Below, piece after piece: positions 1 to 12,677 of a DNA stretch of 64,000 nt. The notes under the pieces were generated by a model that was not told where the DNA came from, did not search any database, and worked only from the letters and a program-made list of their open reading frames with translations. The position numbers were made by a program, and so were the translations under genes. Each line of letters opens with the position of its first letter. Position 1 is the first letter of the stretch. The stretch covers positions 592,158 through 656,157 of the forward strand of contig RDEW01000029.1 of assembly GCA_011109175.1 (NCBI GenBank), given 5' to 3'. The DNA comes from Dicyema japonicum. Its lineage: Eukaryota > Animalia > Dicyemida.

Positions 1-183
1 GTGAAAAAATAGGTCCTCTCTGTTCAATTTTCATAGGTCTTACTGTCACCGATACGTGACTCCTATCGCCGAATAATCTCCGAAATCGCATTTTAACTAT
101 AATATAAAAAAATCAAAATTTCGACCTCTCCTATCTAGAAACCCGCCAACGTAGTTCCTCGATTTAACTGGGATGAATTTACC
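1..183. mobile_element. Right end of a MITE of the same family as 14532-14895
   Basis: CCTATCGCCGAATAATCTCCGAAATCGCA...GACCTCTCCTATCTAGAAACCCGCCAACGTAG...GAATTTACC aligns by eye with 14791-14895. Confidence 0.65.
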
Positions 184-185
184 GG

Positions 186-758
186 TTACCCCCAGAAGAT
201 CCTTGGGATAGTTTTCGATTCTCTGATGACGTTCTCGAGTCACGTGGAGGAGGTGCTTGCCAAGAGTCTTCGGAAATGAAACATTTTAAAAGCGATCATA
301 AAGAGCCCCTTCCTCTTTGCTGCTTGCGTCAACAAGCTCTACCAACAAGTCATTGTTCTTATTATTGAATATGCCTGCTTCGCCTAGAGAATTGCCATTC
401 CCTCTTCGAGAACTGATCGTTTGAACTCTCTCAAGCGGAAAATTATGCACACACTGACATCTCCATTGGCGGCCTCGTTTCTTTTGAGACGACGTTTAAG
501 AATAGCCAGGGTTTCCTATGTTTTTGCAAAGAACTGGAAAACCCAATCAAGGAAAAGGTGGCCTAAGCAGAGGAATTTATTATCCTCTTATTGCACGCCG
601 ATTGAATTCCTATGCAGAAGGAAGAGAAGGCGCTTCCGGAATGCAGTTGGGTCATCTGCTGACCGGGCGAAGAGAGTTTGGATGTTGTTAGAGGCTGGGA
701 TCACCTAATTAGTTAGTTTTGACCTATCTTTTTTGGTGGTCTTGGAGTTAAATAAATT
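186..758 (+). mobile_element. 5'-truncated I-group LINE, subfamily A (ORF C-terminus plus 3' hairpin)
   Basis: KILGIVFDSLMTFSSHV thumb motif; ORF ends ..LEAGIT*; close copies at 47215-47580 and 50275-51330. Confidence 0.85.
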
Positions 759-1816
759 TGATTTGCCGCATTCTGATGGCGTGGTGTATGTGGCTAATTG
801 ATTGAAGTTTTCTCTTCCTTTCCTCTGGTGCCGTCATTGGATCCACTTTCTTCATGAAGCGTTGGCGTCATTCAAAACGATCCATCTATTCATTTCAGCT
901 GGAGACAATTTCTGGAATCGATTTCAGCTTCCTAGGCAACGCTTTCTGGATCACTGCGCTTGGGTAAGGATTTTGCTAGAACGCGTTTAGATAAAGGAAT
1001 TAGTTAGTTTGATTTTACCCTTAGTCTTTAGAATAATTTAATAGCCCCGGATATACCGGAAAGGGGTCAAAAAGTTAATTAACCTCTAATTAAAATAGGT
1101 CAAATGGGAAGTATCTTTTATGAACCTCACGTCCATTCCCATTTGAAATTGTGGAAACCCTTCCTTAAAGTAGGGAATTGGTAGATTTTTTTCGGACCAA
1201 GTGTCTCCTACAATATACGGATCACTTAACGCATTCTTAAGAGTTGAAAAAGTCGAGGAATCTGTCGACCAGGTAGGTATCGTGTGAGAACCGAGCTACA
1301 GCAAACAGTGACTGTCTACTAAATTATGATTAAAAGATAAGAGATTATAAGACAGCTTAATTAAGTGATTTTAATTTATAGACATAATTCTAAAATATTA
1401 ACCACCAATCAAATTTTATTGAAATTATCAATAAATTGATCTATATTGAAATAAATCAATTTGTTAATCCTTATTTAAATTTCTATTTAAATCATTGTTG
1501 TTATAATTTTGAAGAGTTTATTTAAATATTAGAATATTCTGTCAATACACAAATTAAGGTTGGTGAGAAGACCTCCGATTGTAAACCATAGTAAGGAGAG
1601 ATCGATTCACGGGAACTGCCTGAAAATCAAAAATTTAACCTACTTTAAGTTTATTTGTTAAAGGGAGCTCAATGGGGGATGGTTTTGTACATGATTTACA
1701 CGTGACAGTCCAAATAGTTAAATTAAGTTGCTTAAACAGACATGACTCACACAGATTGTGCTTGCAGGAAAGCAGACGAGGCCTCCTTTTAATATTGTCG
1801 TACCTGCCTTGAGTAA

Positions 1817-2605
1817 TTATTCATACAAGAGGTGACATTGAGGACAATTGAGATCAGAATTGGCGAGTTCTTCTTCAGTAACTTCCACCGAGAAGTCCTT
1901 GGACTCCGCAAATGAGCTGGTTCGACGATATGTTCCGTTTTGTTTTACTGGATTTTCTTTCTTTCCTATAACACTCCACCATTTTCTAGAAATACAACAA
2001 TCGATTACCTCTTAGATGTTTTATGAGAATTGAGTGTCGTTTGAGAGTTCTTAACGGTTGATTCAGCACTCGACATCCCACATGAATTCTCAGGGACCGC
2101 CATTGATAGGGTTTGGAGTTGAAGCATTCCGTCTTCGTAGGAAACTGGGTATCCAAAATTTGAACCAGTTGTTAGTGATATTCTTGTATTTTCCAATTTT
2201 TGTTGAAATTGTTCAACTAGAAATCAATTATACACATAAAGTACATGTCTTATAAAGTACAAAAAAACAATTAAAATGACATAAATATTACCTTGGGAAG
2301 TGAGTCCTTGGATGGCGGAATCCACAAATTGAACCTAAACAAGTCAATAAGTATGTGAAGAGTCGAATATTGATTAATAATAATATGCTCACATTTTGGG
2401 AGACCACATCAAGGCTGTTTTCGTTTGACAAATTGTACAGTCTTTTGAAGTATTTCAAGGCGTTTTTTACGTTGGATTCAATTTCTTCCACTAGGTTACC
2501 GTCTGGTAGATCATCTTTTGAAAGTCTGGCTACACAGGACGAAATCTTCTGAAGGTAGTACTTTCCTTGGCAAAAACATTCCTTAGCACGTTCATTACTC
2601 GACAT
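1817..2605 (-). CDS. Spliced orphan protein (4 exons, about 210 aa), function unknown
   Basis: MSSNERAKECF...; GT-AG introns of about 58, 74 and 23 nt give an open frame ending ..CPQCHLLYE*; no family recognised. Confidence 0.55.
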
Positions 2606-2799
2606 TGCTAATCGTTTTTGAATACTTTTATTTACGTTTAAGGTTTTCCAACACAATTTTTAATAAATAAAATAAAATTAATATTTTAATATATGTTTTC
2701 ATTTATACATTTAATTATCAGTTTAATATTTCTACAATCTCAATTATGCTATTAAATTAATCAATAAAATAGTCGTAATCAAATTCACTTATCATAAGC

Positions 2800-3400
2800 T
2801 GTTGGATCTCAAAGGAATTTAGTGTTTAGGATCATCCGCCAGTGTAGTCGAAGATGAAAAAGGAGGAAATATCAGTTGATACACAGATTCTTCTTTAACC
2901 AATTTCTGTTGAAACGTCAAGAGTTTTCGGCTCATAATATGTTAAAAATAACTGGCGTTTTGAAAAATCACGGAAGGGAGAGTCTAGAAGGACACGATGG
3001 CTCTTCCAGAACATTAAGTTCATCATGGAGGTTTTTTTATCGCGTCAGAATCTAAAATTAAGTAACTTTCAATATTTTGTAAACTCAATCAGAGGATAAA
3101 CTTATCGTTTTCTTTCCGCACTGATCCCTCTCTAACCATTTACCTCTCGGAAGAATCCACTAGGAAACATGGCCGCGATTTTCTGCGTTTCTGTAAAGTT
3201 TGCGATTGCTATCATACAGAAACGTCGATCAGTTCTAAAAAAGGAAACCCCAATCGAGTTCACCTGTAGGTATTCACGAAGGCTTTACAATTAAGGGATT
3301 CTTGAAGACCACCAAGGAGGAGTTCTGTAATTATTGAATGCTGGGATCACTTAATTAGTGTTCTAAATATTTTTTGGCGGTCTTGGGGTTCAAATAATAT
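2800..3400 (+). mobile_element. Decayed I-group LINE 3' fragment
   Basis: Ends GGG ATC ACT TAA ... GGCGGTCTTGGGG plus AT tail, the shared LINE terminus. Confidence 0.6.
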
Positions 3401-3519
3401 TTTCTACTGTTACTTTTTCACACAATAATTTAACCTAAAGTTTACCCGAAGAATAATAACTGAAAGAAAACCACAACTGGGAATCAAAAATTATCACTAG
3501 GAAGATTTTTTTGATTTTA

Positions 3520-4760
3520 TAAATCCGAAATTTTGACCTAAAAATTGACTTTATTGACTTTAAAAATTCAAAATTTTGACTTTATGAAAAATTTATTTAG
3601 AAATTTTTTTAATATGAAAATAAATAATCAAAAATCTTTATTAAAATATAGAATAATGTAATTAAAAACTTTTTCAGGTTAAAAAATTCGGCCTTTAGAT
3701 TTTACAATAATAAAATATTCTCTGAATAGAAGGAGATTTTCAAATAGCCATTATGCATGGAGAAAAATGTTGTTTTTCTATTTTTTGATAGAAAAAAACT
3801 TATTAACAGAAAATCTAGATTTCAGATACTTTTAAATTATGCATAAATCGTTACTGAAATACAATTTTTGAATATGTTAGTTTTTCCTGTTATTTTTATC
3901 AATTTATAAACCAATATTGAAATAATATAGTAGATAAATTGCTCCGTAGTTCATTTAAAAATTATTTCCAAGCATCTTAAAATCCATTTCTATCAAAATT
4001 ATAGTTATTTTTTACATCAAAAAATTTTTACAATAATATTAAACAATTTCAACACTACTTCCTTTTCTGACCAGAATTATTTCGGATAGATACCCAATTT
4101 CAATAAAATTTTCTGTTTTTTACGGAAGAAATTTATTGGTGTATTCACACATATATCGATTTCGTAGATCAAACCAATTTTTTTAAACTCTTAAATTAAT
4201 GTATGTAAAAAACTCAAAAATATCTTCGGTCAAGTTACATTTGGCATAACTTTTCTTCACTTTTGCATAGAAGGAAGTAAAACGATATCCAATATCCTCA
4301 AACAAGTTTTATTAACTTTAATGTTCAACTTATGCAAAGAAAATCATATTCTAGTAAGCGATAATACCTCATTGATTCTAAAGTCGGTAGATGAAATGAG
4401 AAAATCAGATATTTTTACAGTAGCACATGTAAAATATAAATAAAAATGACAAAAGTTTATTAGACAAAAGATTCAATAAAAACGGTGGATTGAAGTGAGT
4501 TGATAGAAAATTCACCATGATATTTTCTAATAAGTTATATCAGACTGTTATTAGTAATAACAGTCTTTACCTTTTTAATGACCTTCCTGATTTTAATGAC
4601 TCGCTAGTATTTTATTCAAAAACTCTAAAAATTAATAAATAAAAAATAGAAATCAATAAAAATTTTGACTTTATTACCTAAAAAATTAAATTTTGACTTT
4701 TTTGACATTGCCAAAAATTTTGACCTTTATTGATAACTTTTGATTTTATAATATACAATT
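3520..4760 (+). mobile_element. Possible highly decayed DNA transposon (MULE-like remnant)
   Basis: Clusters of TTTTGACTTT at both ends (3520-3585 and 4660-4750); weak remnants CYFYQF and WHNFSSLL..NILK resemble MULE GCxFH and ExWH..HPN motifs. Confidence 0.25.
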
Positions 4761-4860
4761 CCTTGAAAACTTTAAAACGTTGTAATTTAAACCTATGACC
4801 TTTGGCTTAATACAAATGTAAGTAAAATAATATCTACAAAGTTCCATAATTTTAAAACGT

Positions 4861-7730
4861 GTTGTTACAACGTGTTGTTTTGTGGTGTTTATACATTCTC
4901 TGAAACTTATTCCAATATAAGAGCTGTTGATGGGGAAAGACCTGGCAACCTACCCTGTATTTAAATGCCAAGAAAATCTTATGAGCAAACTCTCCTACGA
5001 TCTAATTGGAAGCAACGTTACTGCAAAACATCAAATCTCGAGTCTTCGTCACACAGAATCTCACAATTTCGCAACATGGAACGTAAGAGGCTTAAACTAA
5101 GGGAAACTAGAATCGTAAAAAGAGAAATGAGAAGGCTTGCTTGGAGTAAGCGAACTTCATTGGATTGACAGTGGTTTTTTTTCGTTCTGATGATTTCGTC
5201 ATATATTATTCTGGTAACATTAATCGAAGAGAAACGGAGTGGCCTTCATTGCTTCAAAAATGCTATTGAAAGTCATAGAATATTTAATGATCGGATAATA
5301 CTTATACACGTCCGTGGACGACCATTGAATATTACGGTCATGCAAGTGTATGCCCTAACATCTATTGCCAAGGATGACGAATTTGACCAATTTTATTATG
5401 AATTTCAAGAGGTACTAAAACTAATACTCAAAAAGCACATAACCTACATAATGGGGGATTTCAATTCAAAAGTTGGGTGTATGCCACATGCGGATATTGT
5501 GGGAAGTTTTGGTTTGGGAAAAGAAATAATGCTGGGGATCGACTGGTCCAATTCTGTCAGGAAAATGGATTTCAGATAACTAACACATGGTTCAAACAGC
5601 ACAAACGACGATTATACACTTGGACGTCGCCAAATGGAATGTCTAGGAACCAGATTGATTATATTTTGTGCGCCAAACGTTGGAAAAGCTCTATAACAGC
5701 CGTCAAAACATATCCAGGGGCAGACTGTGGAACAGACCATCAGCTACTTGTTGCAAAAATTAGGACGAAATTCAGTAACACTTGGAATACCCCCGAGTAA
5801 AGAAATTCGATGTCTCAAACATACCACCAGAATACGCAATGGAAGTTAAGCACAATATTGGATTACTGGATTTGAACGGAAGGATGCCTGATGAATTATG
5901 GAATGATATGCAGTTGGTTATCAGGAACGCTGCAATAAAACATGTCAAATACAAAACGCCGGCCAAGTGCTCTGAGTGGCTCTCTGCCAACACCCTAAAC
6001 ATTGCTGAGGCTCGTAAAGCTGCTAAAGTCTCTGGGAATATAGACGAGATAAGAAAACTTAACTCTGAATTCAAAAAGGCAGCCAGGAAGGATAAAGAAG
6101 ACTACTGGAGGTTACATTGCAAAAAATGGAAGATGACTATAAGAGAGGTCACACTAGGAATGCGTATTTACAACTAAAAAGATTACGAACCCCCTTTACG
6201 AAAATGATGGGCAAAATCAAGGACAAAAATGGTGTTGAATTGCTAGGCCAACAAAAGATTCGAAATCGTTGGAGGGAATATACGGAACGGCTATATTCAG
6301 AAACTGTGTGCCCACCCATATGTGTTGATGAAGCAACGTCGGGTGAGGGGCACAAAATCCTTGAGGAGGAATGCGTGTGGGCTACACGGCAATTAACGGG
6401 GAACAAGGCACCGGGGATTGACAACATCTCAAGCGAATTGTTGAAGGCTATACCGGTGACAGCTATCACCAGTCTATGTCAAAAAAAACTGGTATTTTGC
6501 CACGTGAGTGGAAAAGATCTATATTTATTCCAATACCGAAAAAAGGGGATAGCAAGGACTTTCAAACTGTCGTACAATAGCCTTAATTCCCCACGTCAGC
6601 AAAATACTTCTAAAGATAATACAATATCGTCTAATGTCAAATGCCGAAATGATTCTATCAGATGTCCAAGCAGGATTCAGGAAGGGACGAGGCACACGTA
6701 ACCATATAGCAAATGTCCGGTGGATTATGGAGAAAGCCCATGAATCCCAAAAGAGTGTATACATGTGCTTCATTGGCCATCAGATAGCTTTTGATTCCGT
6801 TATACATGACAAGCTGTGGTCCGCTTTAAAAGAATTTGGAATCGATGCCCATCTGATATTGCTTATCAAATCTCTTTATAAGGATCAAGAAGCTACTGTT
6901 AGAACAGTGTATGGAGATACCGATTGGTTCAAAATTTGTAAAGGAGTAAGACAAAAATGCTTATTATCTCCCATCCTATTCAATATTTATGCCGAAATGA
7001 TCATGACTAAATTGGATGCTGCATCAAATAACGGGATTAAAATTGGAGGCAGAAACATCAATAATTCGCGCTATGCTGACGATACAACCTTACTGGCTGA
7101 AACAGAGGATGGCTACAGGGAGTTGATTCTAAGATTCAGAAAAGATAGCGCCGTCTTTGGTTTATTACTAAATATCAAGAAGACCAAAATTATGACTACT
7201 GCTAATAATGAATAATGGAACTAAAAATTGGGAATGAGAAAATAGAGAGTTGCGATAATGTTGTCTTTCTGGGATGTCTAATTAATCGGAATGGTGACGG
7301 AGGCTGGAAATAAGAGGCGAATTGCCATGGGACGAGACACCTTCCAGAGAATGAATAGAATTTGGAAAAAACAAAGATATTTCCTTAAGGACCAAATGCA
7401 GATTAGTTAATGCAATCATGTTCCCGGTTTATTTATACGGCGCAGAATCGTGGACATTGAAAAAGGTGGATAGGCGAAGAATTAATGCTTTTGATATGTG
7501 GTGCTGGAGGAGGTTACTAAGAATCCCTTGGACCTCCAAAGTAACAACCATCAATGTACTCAAACGGTTAGAGACTGACATTTCGCTAGAGGGAAGAATC
7601 GTGAAACACAGATTGGCGTTCTTTGTGCAGGCTACTCCAAATTGCAACGGATCGGGGAGAGTGGGGGAAACTCGTTCATGAGATCTCCAAGGGTCGGACA
7701 CGACTAAATTGGACAACATAACATAACAAA
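4861..7730 (+). mobile_element. Near full-length, frameshifted RTE-clade (BovB-like) LINE
   Basis: APE motifs (QVYA, GDFNSKVG, YTWTSP, NQIDYI, GADCGTDH); RT motifs (QAGFRKGRGT, AFDSV, GVRQ.CLLSP.LFN, RYADDT); YGAESWTL..RINAF.MWCWRRLL; 5' TGGCAACC..TGCCAAGAAAATC and 3' GTCGGACACGACT typical of RTE/BovB; possible decayed TSD ACAAAGTTCC at 4836 and 7726. Confidence 0.92.
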
Positions 7731-8893
7731 GTTCCCATTCTTAGAAGCGTTTGCGAGACTGAGTCCGCTTAGTCGAGCCACTCAAACTGAGCCTACACAG
7801 TTTTGCTGGCCTCATCCTGCCGATGTGGATTTGTTGTTGATTGCAAAGGGTTTTAATCCCTCTTTTGTCGACGAAGAAATAGCCGGTTCTCGAGGCATGC
7901 CACAATTAACAAGGTCATGAAGCGTTTCTTGAAGCGAATGGATCCCCAGGGGCTCTAGAACCTTTCCATAAAATTCTTCTCATGTTATCCGCTTTGTTAA
8001 TCGCATCCAATTGATTCGATTTGACTGATTTTTGTGATTTTAAATAAAGTACCAGTATATTATATAACAATTGATTCTATTATTAAATTCTTTATAATAA
8101 TTAAATCTTACAAAACAATTGTCTAACTAAATTAATCAAACTTATTAGCCTCCAAAATCACGGAACGCTGGATTTCTGGAGAGTTCCAGCCACCAATGTC
8201 TTTTGAAGTCTTGATGCGAATGAACCATGGAACGTGCCGTCGTGACAGCGAAGGTCCAGTCACTCGACCGATGCGTGCTTGTGTGGGGTCGAGGGAGATG
8301 AGGTCACTGCTAGAGCACGTGATTGGTTAGTTCGTGTAACCGTGTTTCTGATGTTACTATTATTATTAAAATAACTCTCAACATATCAATAATTCTTATG
8401 GGTTCCATTTATTTCTTGAATAAATATCTTGAAAATAGCCGAAAGGTTTATAATAATCACAATTGGTTTCTAGAAAGTTCCTGTCTACAATGCCTCTGCG
8501 ATCCTTAATTGGTAAGAACCGAGGAACGTGTTGTTGCAACAACGAGAATCCAATTATACTGCCGATACGTGTAGTGTGGCCTCGAGGGAGGAACATCAGG
8601 CCAAGTTAAGGTGTTCGTTAGAGATAACCATTATGAAAACTCTTCTACCGAAGAATGAATGGATATCCGCAACGGTAGAACGTGTGATGAAAATAAAATA
8701 GGGAAGACCTACTTGTTCATCCCTCTTCGCAAACGTATGTCTGTAATTGACTATTAAAGGATGGATTTGGTTGGCATAAGCAGACGTTCTCCCATGGGTT
8801 CCTTCCTTGGATCAATCAGTTATGACTATTTGTGCTGGGTTTAGAAAAGATTGTAAGCCTGGGGTTAATAAATAAAATAAAAATGAATAAAAG

Positions 8894-9692
8894 TCATGTC
8901 CACCAGGAAACAGGCCCCAATCCCGACTGAGATAGGGAAGCCTTAAATAATCAGTGAAATAAACCTCAATAAAATAAACACAGTTCCCTTCGATATCAAC
9001 AACCTCTGTTCCCCCATTTATGCAATCTTCCACATTCCTACAGTAATAACAACAAAAACCTCAATCCTGAGTCAACTACGACAGATTCCATACCAGGAGG
9101 GTGGGTATCGAAGATCCCTCCAAGAATCCGTAGTCTAAATAGTATTTTCACTTTACCTGACGACATCACCAGCTTTTATGGGGAAATGGGAGTCACTTTC
9201 CTCATCAGATGCGTCCCAAAGCCAACTCTCAGTCTTAATGTCGCTAAAATAAAGCAACATCCTCACAAATATGAGGGGGCTGGCAAAGAATACGGTAAAA
9301 CATAAATATCACGGAAGAAATTAACGGATACTGATTTACATTTAGAAAAAAAACTTTTAACTCCCATATCAGTGCATTTGAGAACTTCCCCGACAATAAT
9401 TTCGCCCTTTAATGGATTGAAGACAATCGCCAAAAAGTTTACTTGAAATAATAATTGAATGAACCTTTGAATAAGTGAGAACCGTCTAGAAGAAGTACAC
9501 ACTCAGAATAGCTGACGATTTTTTCTACGGTTATAAAGTGACCCACGTTTCTTATAATCTAAAGCTATAAAATTTATTTTTTACCTTGTTGCAGTATTTT
9601 ATGTTTAATCTGACTAATAGTTTCTCTGTAATAGATCCAGAATCACTAGGAAAAATTGATATTCGAGTTTTCAACAACAACTTTCTGTACAT
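8894..9692 (-). CDS. POLR3H: RNA polymerase III subunit RPC8/C25
   Basis: 8 exons and 7 GT-AG introns (26,23,24,23,22,22,23 nt); spliced product has CNK|IIRNVG, VFNPLKGEIIVG, VNFFRDIYV, W.W and C-terminal SLSQSGLGPVSWWT*. Confidence 0.92.
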
Positions 9693-9799
9693 CCCACGTG
9701 ACCAAACAAACAAACAACAGTTTTTTTTTAATTAAAAAAATTAAAAAATGTTATTATCTTAAATTTTAAAAATTTTATTGTGGAATTTATTAAAGTGTT

Positions 9800-10400
9800 T
9801 AGATGTCATCGTCTCTGGTGAGATTAGTTGGTTCCATTCCAGTGGTGGCCAAAAGAGGAAAGTTTGCTTTCAACTTCAGGTTGAGACGGCTTGCTTTGGA
9901 AAACTGCCAGCGTTCAACCTGCACGACTGTGGATGGTTGCCATATGGATCGATCAAACGTCCACAACGACGTTTTCGCTCCTCACACATTTAAAGTCCAA
10001 GACGTAGCGAGAAGGCTATTCTCACTGCCTCATCATCCAGCAGGTTGCCAATTTCGGTACAAGATTAGGCTTTCAGCCAGGCACCTGCTGAATGGCTGCT
10101 AGCCGTTTTGTGGTATGCAAATTTTCCCGCATCCCCAGTGCTCTCAAGATGTTCCCTCTTTTTTTCAAAGAAACGTCTCGAATATGCTCGCTGAATAGTG
10201 TCGACCTTCGGAACATTAAGATATATGTCCTTCCAAAAGTCTAAAGCTCCGATGATGTTATGGATACATAACTAGACAACCAGAAGACACCCCGGATCCG
10301 TCTCATTTAATATAGCAGCTCTAATAGTTGTTTCTTTAAGTTCCACAAGACCAACTATATTAAACTCAAAAAGTTCCAGTGGTCGCATAAGATAATTTGA
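9800..10400 (-). mobile_element. CRE-clade (RLE) non-LTR fragment
   Basis: SAGAWLKA..GNLLDDEAVRIAFSLRLG..RCGRLIDPYGNHPQSC, the CRE zinc-knuckle region. Confidence 0.75.
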
Positions 10401-10429
10401 GTATGCAAGCTATTTGAAATATTTCGAAG

Positions 10430-11525
10430 GTGGATGAGAGAACACCCGGATATGACGAATTCAGCCAAAAGAACCAAACGCCTTAATAAAATACTACGCG
10501 AAAATCTTTCACAAAAACCATGAGGACTGACCCACCCAAACCGCCGCTAAGAAAACAGAAAAAGTTCAATTAACTTATTTCACTTAAAAGGAGGTAGTAG
10601 CATCCCTAAGCCAAACACGAGTAACACATTCACATGGTCCAGACGGAATTCCCATAATTTTCCTACAAAACCCAGGCAATGATGGAATCGGTACCCTGAT
10701 TAAAATCTACAACTGTCGATTAATTATAACTCAATCCCAACTTGCAAACATCCGTTCAATATTGAAGCCCGGAAAACCGAAAAATGACCCGCGTCCTTCA
10801 GGCCTATTTCTCTCCTGTGCCCCATGTCAAAAATTCTGGAAAAGCTCATCCTCGGAAAAAATCACTGAAAGGACTCCCGATAAACCTTTCCAGCATGGTT
10901 TCAAAAATGATCAGTCCACAACAAGATTTCTCAGCTCCCTGACTAACTTTATTTGCTCTGGATTTCTGTGCAAGCCAAGAAACCGGAAAACTGTGTTATG
11001 CTCAATGGACATCCACAAAGATTTTGACTCTGTGCCGAGAAAAATCTAACATGGATAATCTATCAATCAGATATCCATGATAACCTCAAACTCTGGCTGA
11101 CTAACTTCCTTAGCAGACGAATAGGAAGAGTGTCGATTGGAAAAATTTGTTTTGTTTCCCGTTATACCCTATACTTAAAACTCTCTACTCACAGTAAATC
11201 GGACCATGCATTTCATATGCGTATACTTCATGGGGACCACTGGCCTCTTATACGAACATCCAGAAAATCTCCGCAACCCAGAAAAGGGCCTTCAAACTAA
11301 CGGAGAGATAGTACTCAGGAGAAAACATTAAATCACCGACGCCCATGGAGAAACTAATCGAAAAAAACAAAAAAGGACACCAATGCCAAAAAGGAAGTGC
11401 TCGCCCGCAGCGAACTTGTGTAGGCTCAAGGGATCAACACCGAGCAAAGATGAGAGCCATGATTCAATTCGTCGGGATCACTTAATTTCTTCAGTTTAAC
11501 AGTGGTCTTTGAAATTAATTTTAAT
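10430..11525 (+). mobile_element. Internally deleted I-group LINE, subfamily B
   Basis: KPGKP, FQHGFK..STT, DIHKDFDSVP; 3' part matches 44055-44900 and 57880-58560; ends in the shared hairpin. Confidence 0.85.
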
Positions 11526-11529
11526 TTAA

Positions 11530-12560
11530 GCAGCCCATACTAACAAATCTGAAAAACACCGTAATCTTATTGAAGTATTAATTTGCAAGCCATTCAACGG
11601 CTATATTACGATAACGTTCCACAACGACAAATATAACAATTGCAATCATTTTCAAAATTATCAAATCACTATTTAATCTTTTTCCTGAGGTGACTCTTTT
11701 TCATGACAATTTTTCGTATATCTGAAATGTATTAGCAGTTCCTACTATGATTAAAATGACAAATGTTCATTACTCAGCCTTCTTCTCTGAGAAGATTTTG
11801 TTGATTTCTTTAAGGAAAACAACTGTTGCACACATAGGTGGAACATTGTCATAATGCTCACTGAAAACTTTATAAAGACGGGTGACCTCACTTCGAGGTT
11901 TTTACTCTAAGTGAAAAATCAGACTGCATTTCTAATAGTTCCATCTGAAAATTCTCATCTGTTTTGACAAAATCAGAGGTGAAAGATGCAGAGAACAATG
12001 AAAATTGGCATTCAGAAATCACTAAACCTGGAACTCCTTTGACAATAATTCCAGCTGACTCTCATATTTAGCAAATGTAAGTACAGATTCAGAATTGGCA
12101 TGTGTTTTGAGTTATTTGCAGTTAGGAAAATGAACTAAAATTCACGTGACAATTGTGAATTCCATAAACTTAGTTTTATAATGAAAAGCGACATTAGCTT
12201 GCTCTATTTTTTAAAACATGCATTTTGCTATGAAGCACGCACCTTGTAGGACAATATCGTTGTCTGAGAACGTAAAGTTAATAACCGCGGCCTGTCAATT
12301 CGACGCCATTGACAGAAATCCATGCTTTTCTCTGGTTATCAGATCAAGGAGAATCTATTAAATAAAAACATGGATTAAAATATCAACTTTTCTTGTCTTC
12401 ACATGTTTCAGATCATTCAATAGTGCAATAGAATCCTTCACATATTATTTAAGGAAGCGATTTCTCCACCTCGAGAAATTCGTGTTCACTTGGTGCGCTT
12501 CCTCTGTGGTCACTGAAAGGGTGTGAAAGACTACATAAAAAATTCATTCAGTCGTAAGAC
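11530..12560 (-). mobile_element. Decayed hAT transposon, 3' part (Charlie/SPIN-like)
   Basis: Reverse complement aligns with 32630-33362; remnant of the hAT dimerisation motif TYVC..FS..KINK..LR. Confidence 0.65.
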
Positions 12561-12677
12561 AGAATGAATCACCTCTTATGATGGCCTGACCAGTCTTCAT
12601 TTCCCCTCCGCACAGATCACTTTAGTTTTTCCTTCATTTGAGGGAGCGAGAATAATTAAATAAAAATTAAAATCAAA

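Noticed and set aside
8398-8875. Possible plus-strand spliced gene convergent with POLR3H
   Set aside because: The last three putative exons splice in frame, but the 5' part has an in-frame TAA or needs ad hoc introns, and the end (CCTGGGGTTAATAAATAA) also resembles a LINE tail; unresolved
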